64,000 bases of DNA from Salinispira sp. (GTDB taxonomy: Bacteria > Spirochaetota > Spirochaetia > DSM-27196 > Salinispiraceae): NCBI GenBank assembly GCA_965602015.1, contig OZ271918.1, forward strand, positions 2,304,001 to 2,368,000, read 5' to 3'. The translations under genes were made by a program, and so were the position numbers. Position 1 is the stretch's first letter. Each line of letters starts with the position of its first letter. Positions 17,047-27,515 of this stretch are shown piece by piece. The notes beneath the pieces are model-generated. The model was not told the DNA's origin. It saw only the letters and a program-made list of their open reading frames with translations, and made no database searches.

Positions 17047-19116
17047 ATGGTAAAAAATAGCGCAATCGTTCTATTGATCGCACTAGGTCTGGTTCTCATG
17101 AGCGGATGTCCGGCGGATGCCGTTCTTCCCGAGCCTGAGCTGTCCCTTCCGCTGGCGGATTTATCACAGCCCGCGGGCTGGTCGACAATACCCCAGGAGG
17201 ATTTCCCCGCACTCGACGGCGCATTCCTTCAGAGCTTTGAAATGGAGAAGGTAATCGGTATCAGCGACAGATCAGTTCGCACCGTGTTGTCCCGGGCAGT
17301 TTCGAGTCACGGGGACCAAAGCCCCCGGGGCAGGGCCATCGTTCCGGTATGGACCGACTCAGTGAGCAATACGTTTAGCGGCGGCAGTATAAGCGATTAT
17401 CCCGAGCAGGGCATGACAACCGACTACAGCGTCGTTGTGGAGGACTCGGCACAGAACATTTACCGCATCACCTCCATTACCAGCTACCCGGCGCAAAACA
17501 CCACCATCGATACCTATACCGAAGAATATCTCATAAAAGACGTCACTCCCGGCGACCCGACGACTCCCGACGGAATCTGGGATTCCGCGGATCCCATCGT
17601 TGACGACGGATTTTCCGATTCCCCATCGCACCGAGAGCGGATGGAAATCCTGTTTGATGACGGGACGATTCGCTATGAGCGAATAGTCGGTCTGTACTTT
17701 AACGACGGCTTTGCTCCATTGGACGTGACCGCAAGCCTCTCCTACCCCGACTTTGCCTACCCGGGCAGCGATCCTGATGCGGTATTCTCTTCTGTGGTCA
17801 TGTACTCCCAGGAAGTTTCCGGCAGCTATGATTACTGGTTTTGGGAAGGAAGCACCCAGGGAGCACTGCTGGGTATTCGATATTATACCGAGCATTTCAT
17901 CAGCGGCGGAGATTACTACAAAGGAACCCTGGCGGCGTACGAGCGGGCGATCAGCACCTACAGCAGTAACGGAGGCGCATACGCATTCGGCGAACAGTTG
18001 TCCGATGTCTTTGTGGGCAGCGAACATACAACCCTCGCGGAATCAGTGCTTCGAAAGGAAGTGCTCTTTGAGGTAGACAATGGCTCGGTTGTGCCCAGCG
18101 CGATCGGCGGCAACGCGGTAATGCGGACCCACGTGGTGGACACCAGCGGGGTTGCGGATTCCGACTTCCTCATCCAGCAGCTGAACGATGATGCAACGGT
18201 TTTCGCCGATTGGGATTCCGCCCCCTACCACATCCCCAGCGGAGTCAGCGCCGATGAAATCGAATTTGACGATCCGGATACCCAGGTGGCAATCGAAGAA
18301 TTCATTGCCAATCCTGACGGTCCGGCAATGGATATGATTTTGTCCAGCATGCCGGGAGACAGCGATTTGGCTCAGCTCTATCAGGCCATCAGCACGGGAA
18401 CCGGAGATGCGGGAGGCAGCGATATCGGCCAGGATGTCATCGACGACTGGTATGTGGACAATTCGGGATTCGACGGGGGAGACCAGACCCACATACAGGT
18501 CGGCGGTACAGGCACCGCCCAATTCGACGGCGCTCAGGGTTTCGAAGTAGCAGGCTCAGACGCGGACCCGGCGTTTAACCCGCTAAGCGAGGGTACGGTA
18601 GAGGCCTGGGTGTACGTTGAAGCCCACGCGAATTACGCGGGGATTGTTCACAAGGGCGTTGAGCACGACTTCAGCGACGAAGGGTATACTCTTCAATTCT
18701 GGGGCAAGAGAGGCAATGTCGCCTTCGGAATCGTCGATCAGAATCCGTATAAATACAGTCTGAGAAAGTCGGGTTTACGACTCAACACCAACAAATGGTA
18801 CTATCTGGTCGGCCGATGGGATGCCGATAGGGTATATCTGGACATATACTACGACAACGGATCCGGCGATATGGTGGTAAAGCGGTACAGCACGAACAAC
18901 CGGCTGGACAACGGGACGCCTTATGAAAACTCCGGACCGCTGGTAATCGGCTCCCAGTATTTGGAAGGGTATGGAAGCCGCGGTTTCTACGGATTTCAAG
19001 GGTTGATCAACGGTGTGGTGGTCAGCGATTACGCAAAAACCGATGAGGAACTCGAGGCGTTTTACCGTTATATGACCGACGATACGGCGATTGTATCAGG
19101 ATGGCCGGCTCCCTGA
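17047..19116 (+). CDS. Acidic lipoprotein with a C-terminal LamG/concanavalin-like domain
   Basis: Lipobox MSGC; EGTVEAWVY, NKWYYLVGRWD, PLVIGS, FQGLINGV; GAGG RBS. Confidence 0.75.
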   Translation: MVKNSAIVLLIALGLVLMSGCPADAVLPEPELSLPLADLSQPAGWSTIPQEDFPALDGAFLQSFEMEKVIGISDRSVRTVLSRAVSSHGDQSPRGRAIVPVWTDSVSNTFSGGSISDYPEQGMTTDYSVVVEDSAQNIYRITSITSYPAQNTTIDTYTEEYLIKDVTPGDPTTPDGIWDSADPIVDDGFSDSPSHRERMEILFDDGTIRYERIVGLYFNDGFAPLDVTASLSYPDFAYPGSDPDAVFSSVVMYSQEVSGSYDYWFWEGSTQGALLGIRYYTEHFISGGDYYKGTLAAYERAISTYSSNGGAYAFGEQLSDVFVGSEHTTLAESVLRKEVLFEVDNGSVVPSAIGGNAVMRTHVVDTSGVADSDFLIQQLNDDATVFADWDSAPYHIPSGVSADEIEFDDPDTQVAIEEFIANPDGPAMDMILSSMPGDSDLAQLYQAISTGTGDAGGSDIGQDVIDDWYVDNSGFDGGDQTHIQVGGTGTAQFDGAQGFEVAGSDADPAFNPLSEGTVEAWVYVEAHANYAGIVHKGVEHDFSDEGYTLQFWGKRGNVAFGIVDQNPYKYSLRKSGLRLNTNKWYYLVGRWDADRVYLDIYYDNGSGDMVVKRYSTNNRLDNGTPYENSGPLVIGSQYLEGYGSRGFYGFQGLINGVVVSDYAKTDEELEAFYRYMTDDTAIVSGWPAP

Positions 19117-19134
19117 GAAATCGGGGGCGTTGCC

Positions 19135-20757
19135 CTACTCAAAAAAATTATCAAGCCCGGTCATTGCCGCAGCGCTGACATCGCGGAAGACCGGGTTTAA
19201 AAGCACGGCGCTCATTCTGATTACCCGGCCGGCGTAGAGCAAGTCGCGGTTTTCCATTAAGTGCTCTTCCATGTCCAATACCGCCTTGTCAATTTCCTCC
19301 TCGAGACGAAGCACCAGAGCGAGAATATCGGGTGTTCCCAGCGGGAAGGTCTCCCTGGAGTACCCGAAAATCCCCAGAATAACCGGCTCCACGAGAAAGC
19401 GGCGGTTTTGCACGCCCCGAACCGCGCTGCGGTACAATCTCCACATGCCGTCGTCGGGAGCCAGAACGCGGCGCTCGAAGCGGGTGTTCAGATCATTATT
19501 GGCCAGTGACGCGGCAATAAGCAGCTCAAGACCCCGGTTATTGATTATTGCCACCGGTGACAGCTCATCCATAGTCAGGAAATCACTGGGGGTGATGAAG
19601 GGCCGGGCTTCTGTTCCCACTCTGGCAAAATTAGCCACCGCGGCAGCGCTGATTCCCGTGAGAGTCCCGGGCAGGGGGTAACCCGCCTCGCCAAGGGGCA
19701 GGGTCAGGGTTGTTACGCAGCTAATATAGTTTTCCGTAAGTGAAATATCATCGTTGAGGGTGATATTAAAGCCCCAGGATTGACCGAGGTTGCGGGCCAC
19801 CGCCTCGGCGAGCCTTGTGCTTCGCCCGCCCGTGGTGCCGCCGGCCCCGTCATCGGGCCAGCGCAGGACTTCAATAAAGGCTGTGTGATCACCCCGGAAG
19901 TAACTCGCGGCGGGGACCACCCGAAGGCCCATTTCATAGCTTTCGAGAATCAGGGGATATACTCCCAGCTCGCCTGCCAGTTCGATATACATTGCTGCGT
20001 GATAGCTGTAGTTCGGTTCCTCAGCAAAGGCGGTAAAAAGCCCCTCGGAAGGATTTTTCAAATGAACCATAAGGATGTCCCCGCTTTCCAAAGCAGCGCC
20101 CCGCAGGAGAACCCGTCCTTGTGAGTCCTTCGGGTAATTTCCGATGGTCAGCTCGGGACGAGCTTGTATGCGCTGCCAATCCCAACGGCTTTCCCGTGAC
20201 GGCGGGATGCGCGGCGCGAAATCAAGTATGGCCTGATCTGCAAGAACATCGGCAAGTGAAGCATTCCCTTCGGATTCGGCGGCCTGAAGTACCGACAGCT
20301 CCTCCCGGGTCATAAAGGCGTCGGCAGCAGTCAGCACCTGAATCGCCGAGTTATTTACAGCAGGATCCCCGTCACCGGCAATGGCGGCTATCGCCCGGCG
20401 AATCACCGCTTCCTCGAGGGAAAGCAGGGCGAACTTCATATCCACAAGCTCCCCGCGGCTGCTGATGCGGCGGTTAACGTCAAGATAGCCCTGCCGGATG
20501 GTCCTTATCGCATCGGGAAGCAGCGGCAACGGCAGGTCGGCAGCGGCGGCCATTTCGGCCATCAGCAGCTCGGCTTCGGAGCCCGATGGGGACGTCGCAT
20601 GGCTGTCAGCGCGTACAAAAATGTCCGCCCCCTGCTGCTGCGGAAGTGAATGGGGTATATCAGGCAAACCCGCACAGGACAACAGAGCAAGCAGGCATGC
20701 ACATACACAAAACACACGGCAGCCTCGGGATGCAAAAGGGAGAATAGAGAATTTCAT
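19135..20757 (-). CDS. Lipoprotein with a permuted papain-like (NlpC/P60, YiiX/YaeF-like) domain
   Basis: Lipobox LLSC; ordered motifs LESGDIL...YHAAMY...ILESY...YISCVT...ITPSDF. Confidence 0.65.
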   Translation of the reverse strand: MKFSILPFASRGCRVFCVCACLLALLSCAGLPDIPHSLPQQQGADIFVRADSHATSPSGSEAELLMAEMAAAADLPLPLLPDAIRTIRQGYLDVNRRISSRGELVDMKFALLSLEEAVIRRAIAAIAGDGDPAVNNSAIQVLTAADAFMTREELSVLQAAESEGNASLADVLADQAILDFAPRIPPSRESRWDWQRIQARPELTIGNYPKDSQGRVLLRGAALESGDILMVHLKNPSEGLFTAFAEEPNYSYHAAMYIELAGELGVYPLILESYEMGLRVVPAASYFRGDHTAFIEVLRWPDDGAGGTTGGRSTRLAEAVARNLGQSWGFNITLNDDISLTENYISCVTTLTLPLGEAGYPLPGTLTGISAAAVANFARVGTEARPFITPSDFLTMDELSPVAIINNRGLELLIAASLANNDLNTRFERRVLAPDDGMWRLYRSAVRGVQNRRFLVEPVILGIFGYSRETFPLGTPDILALVLRLEEEIDKAVLDMEEHLMENRDLLYAGRVIRMSAVLLNPVFRDVSAAAMTGLDNFFE

Positions 20758-20901
20758 GGTAACAGTCGCCTCACTGGTATGAAGTGGGCAATAATACCCC
20801 GTTTCATGCGCCTTGTTCCAGCCATGCTGATAATCTGGGTATTAGCCGGGCAACGAAGGGCCTGTTCGATACTATCCATTCGGATCAGCGCCGCCATTGC
20901 C

Positions 20902-20951
20902 GCCGGAGCCGGAGCCGGAAGCCGGAAGCGGAAGCGGAAGCCGGAAGCCGG
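20902..20951. repeat. Short tandem repeat of 6-7-bp units
   Basis: gccgga gccgga gccggaa gccggaa gcggaa gcggaa gccggaa gccgg. Confidence 0.85.
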
Positions 20952-21022
20952 GCCAGCCTGGTTTTTCCCGAAGCCGGCAGACCGGAAAATATGTATACTA
21001 GGGGAGTCATGAGGCTATCTAA

Positions 21023-22354
21023 TTGAAAAGTACTGACGTTCTGGAAGGCAGTATTCCCCGGCACATGTTCCGTCTCGCCCTGCCCAATGTTGGCGGCATG
21101 CTGGCCATAATTCTGTTTAATATTACCGATACCTTTTTCGTGGCCCGCCTCGGCGACCAGGCTCTTGCGGCCATGGGTTTCACGTTTCCCGTGGTAATGC
21201 TCATCGGAGCCATATCCATGGGGATAAGCACCGGAGCCGGCTCACTCATGGCCCGGGCCATGGGCTCGGGGGACCGCAGGCTTATGCAGAGGATCGCCAG
21301 CGACGGCATACTGCTGTCAGTCGCCGCGGTGGTGATAATCTCCGCCGCCGGCCTTGTCAGCCTCAAGCCCCTGTTTAGGGCGCTTGGGGCAAGCGCGGAG
21401 GTGCTTCCCTTAATCGAGCAGTACATGTCGGTGTGGTACGCCGGGGTGATAGCCATAGTCCTGCCGCCGGTGAGCGACGGAGCCATGCGGGCCATGGGCG
21501 AAATGAAACGGCCCCTGTACGTCATGCTCACCGTTGCGGGCTTGAATTTCATTCTCGACCCCATTCTGATATTCGGATGGTTTGGATTGCCCGCCATGGG
21601 CATACGGGGAGCTGCGGTGGCGACCATTATCTCAAGGACCGCCGGCGCCCTTCTCTCCCTCGGTTTTGTCCATTTCAAATACCGGCTTCTTAATTATCGC
21701 TACGAGTCCCTCACGCTGCTCCTGGAATCCTGGAGGAAAATTCTGTATATCGGCATTCCCGGCGCTCTCATCCGGCTCCTGCCCCAACTCGTGAGAACCC
21801 TGCTGACCAGAATGGCCGCCTGGGCCGGCGGAACCGCCGCGGTGGCCGCTCTGGCGGCGGGAAGCAGAATAGAGAGCTTCACAACAATCATCAGCATGGC
21901 CGTTGGGGTCTCATTGGTACCCATCATCGGACAGAATTACGGAGCGGGGAAAACCGGCCGGATTGCCGAGACCCGCGCCCTCGTCCTGCGCCTCGCGGGA
22001 GGGTTCGCCCTGGTCCTCGGCCTTTTGGCCATACCCTTCGGCCGTTCGCTGGGGCAGATCTTCACCCAATCGGCTGAAGTTCTCGATTTTATCCAGATAT
22101 ATCTGGTCATCATCCTCATTGGGTCGGCTGGCCTGAACAGCTACAACTGGATAAGCGAATCCCTGAATGCCATGGGAAAACCGAAAAAGGCCCTGCGGAT
22201 AAACCTGCTGGGAACCATAGCGCTGCTGATACCTGCCATTGTTGCCGGCGCTGCACTGGGGGGATTCAACGGCATGGTTGCCGCTCTGGCGGCTGCCCAG
22301 CTCGTGCTGGGTTTTATATCAGCCCGGGTGACCCGCAGGGAGTTTTTCTCATAG
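21023..22354 (+). CDS. MATE-family efflux transporter
   Basis: FNITDTFFVARLG, LNFILDPILIFGWFGLPAMGIRGAAVAT, IGQNYGA. Confidence 0.93.
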   Translation: MKSTDVLEGSIPRHMFRLALPNVGGMLAIILFNITDTFFVARLGDQALAAMGFTFPVVMLIGAISMGISTGAGSLMARAMGSGDRRLMQRIASDGILLSVAAVVIISAAGLVSLKPLFRALGASAEVLPLIEQYMSVWYAGVIAIVLPPVSDGAMRAMGEMKRPLYVMLTVAGLNFILDPILIFGWFGLPAMGIRGAAVATIISRTAGALLSLGFVHFKYRLLNYRYESLTLLLESWRKILYIGIPGALIRLLPQLVRTLLTRMAAWAGGTAAVAALAAGSRIESFTTIISMAVGVSLVPIIGQNYGAGKTGRIAETRALVLRLAGGFALVLGLLAIPFGRSLGQIFTQSAEVLDFIQIYLVIILIGSAGLNSYNWISESLNAMGKPKKALRINLLGTIALLIPAIVAGAALGGFNGMVAALAAAQLVLGFISARVTRREFFS

Positions 22355-22374
22355 ATCCCGTCTACTAACTTATG

Positions 22375-23304
22375 TTAGTTGTTTTCATCGCCATAAATCC
22401 CGACGAAGCTTTTTCCGTCGGAACCGTCAGTAGCCCTGAACATACCCGGCGTATCGAAGGGCATGGTCCATTCGCCCCTGGTATTCACGGCGATGAGTCC
22501 TCCCGAGCCTCCCAAGGCGGCGATGTGCTCGAGCACCCGTGCCCCGGCCTGGGCAATGTTCGATCCCCGGATTTCAACCTCGGCGGCCATGCGGTAGGCC
22601 GCAACCGCTCGGATAAAAGCTTCGCCCTGACCGGTGGCGGACACCGCGAGGCTGTTGTTGTCCGCATAGGTTCCGGCACCGATGAGCGGACTGTCGCCCA
22701 CCCTGCCGTCGCGCTTGTTCGTCATGCCGCCGGTGCTGGTGGCCGCCGCCAGATCTCCGTGGACGTCAAGGACCACTGCGCCGACGGTGCCGAACTTGCC
22801 GTCGTGATCCAACTGGCTGCCCTCCCGCTCCGCTGCTGCTTCCAGTTGGCGCCTTCGGGTTTCCGTTTCGAACCACCGGAGTTCCATCAATTCCAGCCCC
22901 CTTTCCCGGGCGAAATCCTCGGCGCCGTCGCCGGTGAGGAGTACGTGGCTGCCGTCCTCCATAATCGCCCGGGCGGCCTGTATGGGGTTGCGGATCGAAC
23001 GGACGGCGCACAGGGCCCCCGCCCGGCGATGCCGGCCGTCCATAACCGCCGCGTCCATTTCAATCTGTCCCTTGTGGGTCAGTACCGAACCCCGGCCCGC
23101 ATTGAACAGGGGGTTTTCCTCCATTGCCGTCACCGCGCCTACCGCGGCATCCATGGCCGCCGCGCCGCCGCGCAGCAACTCTGCGCCGGTCTCAAGCGCC
23201 CGGGCAAGCCCGCTGCGGAAATCCGCTTCCAGCTCCGGGGTCATTTTGTCCCGGGTAATAACCCCGGCGCCCCCGTGAATAAGAATTCTCCATAATCCCT
23301 TCAT
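22375..23304 (-). CDS. iaaA: Isoaspartyl peptidase / L-asparaginase (Ntn hydrolase)
   Basis: IHGGAG, FNAGRGS, GTVGAV (catalytic Thr), ATSTGG, GRVGDSP, SATGQGE. Confidence 0.95.
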   Translation of the reverse strand: MKGLWRILIHGGAGVITRDKMTPELEADFRSGLARALETGAELLRGGAAAMDAAVGAVTAMEENPLFNAGRGSVLTHKGQIEMDAAVMDGRHRRAGALCAVRSIRNPIQAARAIMEDGSHVLLTGDGAEDFARERGLELMELRWFETETRRRQLEAAAEREGSQLDHDGKFGTVGAVVLDVHGDLAAATSTGGMTNKRDGRVGDSPLIGAGTYADNNSLAVSATGQGEAFIRAVAAYRMAAEVEIRGSNIAQAGARVLEHIAALGGSGGLIAVNTRGEWTMPFDTPGMFRATDGSDGKSFVGIYGDENN

Positions 23305-23394
23305 GCGGTCATTGTAGCACGCCGCATGCCGCAGCAGATGATTTGATGTGAACAGGCGTCTTTACCCTCGGCGTAATTCTGCTATACTGGCTCG

Positions 23395-26300
23395 GTGGAC
23401 CAGAACTTTTTTGTTGCGGGCGTCGGCTCCTCCGCCGGAGGACTGGAAGCCCTTCAGGACATGCTTTCCCATCTTCCCGAGGATTTGACCAATTGCGCGT
23501 TTATCGTCGCCCAACATCTCAGCCCGTCATATAAAAGCCGCCTGCGGGACCTCCTCTCCAGGGAAACCGACAGACGAGTGGAGGAGATCAGCGACAATCA
23601 GGTGATTGCCCCGAACACCATTTACATAACACCGCCGGACAACGATGTGGTCGTTAAGCAGGGGCGCCTCAGGCTCCACAAGCCCATCAACAGCATCGGA
23701 CCAAAACCCTCGGTAAACATTCTTTTCCACTCCCTGGCAATTGAGTACCAGGAACACGCCGTCGGCATAATTCTGTCGGGAACCGGGCAGGACGGCGCCA
23801 CAGGCCTGAGAGAAATCCGGGATGCCGGCGGCTTCGCCATTTGTCAGGAACCCGCATCCGCCCGCTACGACGGCATGCCCAATGCGGCGGTGCAGACCGG
23901 AAGAGCGGATTTTATTCTGGAGGCGGGAGACATCGGCAACGAACTAAACCGCCTCATCCTGCGACAATCGAACTCCCTTACCGCCGAAGCCCAACAGGAC
24001 GAATACATCCGAAAAATAATAGCAAAGGTCTCCCGATACTCGAAAATCGATTTTTCGGGCTACAAAGACAGCACTATTGAGCGGCGCATCACCAAGCGGC
24101 TCGCGGCCCTCAGGCTGGATAGTCCCCAGGAGTACTACGAGCACATTCAGCAGAATCCCAAGGAAACGGCCCATTTATTCAGCATGCTGCTCATTGGAGT
24201 CACCCAATTCTTCAGGGATCCCGAATCCTATGAAAAGGTAATAGAGGAACTCACCACCCTGATTTCGTCCCGCCAAAACGATGATGTGTTCCGGATCTGG
24301 ATTGCCGGCTGCTCCACCGGCGAAGAGGCATACAGCCTCGCTATGGTTCTGGATAATATCCGAAAATCCCTCGATATTGGGCTGCAGATCCAGGTCTTCG
24401 CCACGGATATCGACGAAAAGGCCGTCAATTTCGCCCGCAGGGGAGCATATCCCGAAGAGAGCCTCATCGACATACCTGAAGAGTACCGCGAACGGTATTT
24501 TACCCGCGACGGCGAGCGCATTGTCATCTCCAAGGATATCAGGCAGATGATACTGTTCAGCGTGCACGACGTCATCGAAAGTCCCCCCTTCCTGCGCCTG
24601 GACCTGATCAGCTGCCGGAACCTGTTGATTTACCTGGATCAAAAAATACAAAAGCAGATTCTGCCTATTTTCCACTATGCCCTGCGTCCCAAGGGCATTC
24701 TCTTTCTCGGGAAGAGCGAGACCATCGGCCAGTTCTCCGATTTATTCACCCCCCTGGACAGCCGGCACCGGGTGTTCCAGCGCACCAATGAAGCGACCCT
24801 CCCCCGCAGCCTGTACCGGGGACATCCGGGTTCCCGCCGGAGCCGGGGCGATGTGCCAACAGAACGGGAAGAGGATCTGACGATTCGGGAGAATATCAAG
24901 GAAACCCTCTTCGCCGATCTGGGACATCCATATCTGGTAATCAACGCGGCCCAGGAAGTGGTGAGGGTTCAGGGCGACCTGCACTCCATCATCGGCATAC
25001 GCGAGGGGATATTCACCTCCCAGCTGTCGAACATGCTGGCCTCGGAGCTCAAACATGAGGTGACCCAGCTTCTAAACCGGGCCTCATCGGAATCCCGCAC
25101 CATTTCGAGCCCATTCCGGCGTTACTTCCCGACAGAACCCGAGCGTTTGCTGCGAATCCGGGTCAGGCCCCTGGTGCAGAGTGCGGCGGCACAGGGCTAC
25201 ATGCTGGTCGAATTCGAACCGCTTGAAATCGCCGGGGACATCATGGCCAGCCTCATGGGCGAAGCCGAGGGAGACGGCCCCGAGCATCAGCGGATCCGCG
25301 AGCTGGAAAACGAACTAACCCTAAAAAACGAGAACCTCCAGAACTACATCGAGGAACTCGAGACAGGGAACGAGGAACTTCAGAGCCTGAACGAAGAGCT
25401 CCAAAGCACCAACGAGGAACTGCAGTCTTCAAATGAGGAGCTTGAGACCTCAAACGAGGAACTCCAGGCCAGCAACGAAGAACTGCAGGTCGCCTATACG
25501 GAAATAAAGAGCATCAACGAACAGCTCGCCAGGCAGGACCGGGAACTGGTCAAGGCCCAAACCCGCATCGACATGGCGCTGTGGGGCGGAAAGCTGGCCT
25601 GGTGGGAGTGGAATATCGCCAGCGACACCGAAGACTTTGCTCCCACCCGAGTCAAAATGCTGGGATACAACGAGGACTCGTTTCCCCACAGCCGGAAGGA
25701 CTACCTCAAGCTCATCCATCCCGAAGATATCGAAGAAAACCAGCGGATCATGGATGAACACCTCAAGGGCGCCCGACCGATTTACGACGCCGAGTACCGC
25801 ATACGAAATTTCTCGGGCACGTATGTCTGGTACTGGGACAAGGGCCGGGTGGTTGAGTGGGATGACCAGGGGCGGCCCATTCGGGTTGTCGGCCTGGCCA
25901 CCGATATCACCGACCGGAAACACAGCGAGCTCGAGCTGGAAGAAAAAATTGAAGAACGGGAAGTGCTCATCCGCGAGGTGCACCATCGGGTAAAAAACAA
26001 TTTTAATACGGTAATCGGCCTCATCGAGCTGGAGATCAGCCGTCTGTCCGACAGCAGTCAGCGGGGACTCTTGCGGGACATCCAGGGGCGGATTCGGAGC
26101 ATGGCCCTCATCCATGCCGAACTGTATCAGCGGGAAAATATTGTAGATATCAATCTGCGTGATTATCTTACCAGGCTCGGGGACGCGATCGTCCGCTTTC
26201 AAAGCCTTGAAAATCACAATGTTCACTTCTTTGAGGATATAGAAACCCTCTATATGGATGTAAGCAGTTCGCTGACCCTCGGCCTCATTCTCGTGGAACT

Positions 26301-26586
26301 CATGACCAACAGCATGAAGTACGCGGTGTACGACAAGGGAACTCATCCCGAGCTGCGGATCGGGGTCAAACGGCTGGAAGACGGCAGGCTGCAACTGCGC
26401 TACCGGGACAACGGACAGGGATATCCCCCGGATATCATCTCGGAAAAACGCTACGGAGTCGGTCTCGATTTGGTAATGTCCATGACCCGTCAGCTCGAGG
26501 GCAATATCCGACTTCTCAACGAGCAGGGCGCGGTCTGCGAGCTCAGCATTCCCTACAACGAAAAGCAGCGGCCGGAAAGGGAATGA
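23395..26586 (+). CDS. CheB-CheR fusion with coiled coil, PAS and HisKA_2-type histidine kinase
   Basis: GSSAGG/AQHLS/SGTGQDG (CheB), AGCSTGEEAYS and ISCRNLLIY (CheR), NEELQS repeats, IHPED PAS, EVHHRVKNN, ELMTNSMKYA, DNGQG. Confidence 0.93.
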   Translation: MDQNFFVAGVGSSAGGLEALQDMLSHLPEDLTNCAFIVAQHLSPSYKSRLRDLLSRETDRRVEEISDNQVIAPNTIYITPPDNDVVVKQGRLRLHKPINSIGPKPSVNILFHSLAIEYQEHAVGIILSGTGQDGATGLREIRDAGGFAICQEPASARYDGMPNAAVQTGRADFILEAGDIGNELNRLILRQSNSLTAEAQQDEYIRKIIAKVSRYSKIDFSGYKDSTIERRITKRLAALRLDSPQEYYEHIQQNPKETAHLFSMLLIGVTQFFRDPESYEKVIEELTTLISSRQNDDVFRIWIAGCSTGEEAYSLAMVLDNIRKSLDIGLQIQVFATDIDEKAVNFARRGAYPEESLIDIPEEYRERYFTRDGERIVISKDIRQMILFSVHDVIESPPFLRLDLISCRNLLIYLDQKIQKQILPIFHYALRPKGILFLGKSETIGQFSDLFTPLDSRHRVFQRTNEATLPRSLYRGHPGSRRSRGDVPTEREEDLTIRENIKETLFADLGHPYLVINAAQEVVRVQGDLHSIIGIREGIFTSQLSNMLASELKHEVTQLLNRASSESRTISSPFRRYFPTEPERLLRIRVRPLVQSAAAQGYMLVEFEPLEIAGDIMASLMGEAEGDGPEHQRIRELENELTLKNENLQNYIEELETGNEELQSLNEELQSTNEELQSSNEELETSNEELQASNEELQVAYTEIKSINEQLARQDRELVKAQTRIDMALWGGKLAWWEWNIASDTEDFAPTRVKMLGYNEDSFPHSRKDYLKLIHPEDIEENQRIMDEHLKGARPIYDAEYRIRNFSGTYVWYWDKGRVVEWDDQGRPIRVVGLATDITDRKHSELELEEKIEEREVLIREVHHRVKNNFNTVIGLIELEISRLSDSSQRGLLRDIQGRIRSMALIHAELYQRENIVDINLRDYLTRLGDAIVRFQSLENHNVHFFEDIETLYMDVSSSLTLGLILVELMTNSMKYAVYDKGTHPELRIGVKRLEDGRLQLRYRDNGQGYPPDIISEKRYGVGLDLVMSMTRQLEGNIRLLNEQGAVCELSIPYNEKQRPERE

Positions 26587-27515
26587 AATACCGACTAAAA
26601 AATTCAGCGGCCTATCTGGTCATTCTGGCCGCCGCAGCCCTCACCGTTGTGCTGGCGGGCACCATGGACGCCCCGGACTTTCACCGGGGGGAGCCCTTCC
26701 CTCGGGAACTGTTCACCGGAGGCGCCGAGATGGGCGGCCTGATGGACCGCTTCATGCAGTTTGCCAGAGAGGAAATTGACGAGGGCGATTGGGACAATGA
26801 AGAGAACGAGGTCCCCCTGAGCGTCCTTCTGGTTCCCCTGGTACTGGCGCTGGGAGTGCTGCTTGGGGTGCTTTTTATCGCCGGACGACAGCTCAAAAAG
26901 GCCGCGCTCATCAGATTGCTTCTGATTTTTCTCGCCGCAGCCCTTTCGATCTTTTTATTCTTTTCTTCGATGAACGCTTCCCCCGCGGCCCTCCCTGAAC
27001 TGCCGGATGAACCTGCCGCTCAGGATATTTCCAGGTCAGTTGAAAGCGATGGGCAAGGCGATGTCCCCGGTGAAATAGACCAAGACCGCTTGGGCGTGTT
27101 CTTGATCATCCTCCTTTCGTTTGCCCTGGCTTCGAGTCTGTTTTTTGCCGTCCGCTGGATTGCCTTCTCCCGGCCCCGTTCGAAACCCCCGAGCCTTCAG
27201 GAGGCAGCGCTGAGGGCGCAGACCGGACTCAACGAAGGCAGAGACAGCCGATCGGTCATTATCCGCTGTTATGATGAAATGAGTTCGGCAATTCTGGCCT
27301 CCGCCGGGTTGAGCAGAATGCAGTCCATGACGGCCGGGGAGTTCCGCGACAAACTGGTACAGGAAGGCCTGCCCTCCCCTGCGGTGAGCAGGCTTACCGG
27401 GCTCTTCGAAATGGTGCGATACGGCAGAGGGAATCTCAGCGAAAAACAGGAGAAGGAAGCCGTCGATGCGTTAGAGGACATCGTTGCGGCCCTTAATGAG
27501 GTAGGCGTGGAGTGA
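26583..27515 (+). CDS. DUF4129-domain membrane protein
   Basis: Transmembrane segments, then IIRCYDEM...MTAGEF...LTGLFEMVRYG. Confidence 0.8.
   Translation: MKYRLKNSAAYLVILAAAALTVVLAGTMDAPDFHRGEPFPRELFTGGAEMGGLMDRFMQFAREEIDEGDWDNEENEVPLSVLLVPLVLALGVLLGVLFIAGRQLKKAALIRLLLIFLAAALSIFLFFSSMNASPAALPELPDEPAAQDISRSVESDGQGDVPGEIDQDRLGVFLIILLSFALASSLFFAVRWIAFSRPRSKPPSLQEAALRAQTGLNEGRDSRSVIIRCYDEMSSAILASAGLSRMQSMTAGEFRDKLVQEGLPSPAVSRLTGLFEMVRYGRGNLSEKQEKEAVDALEDIVAALNEVGVE

Noticed and set aside
25360..25495. 21-bp-period DNA repeats resembling an array
   Set aside because: They encode the NEELQS coiled-coil heptads normal for CheB/CheR fusions; not CRISPR.
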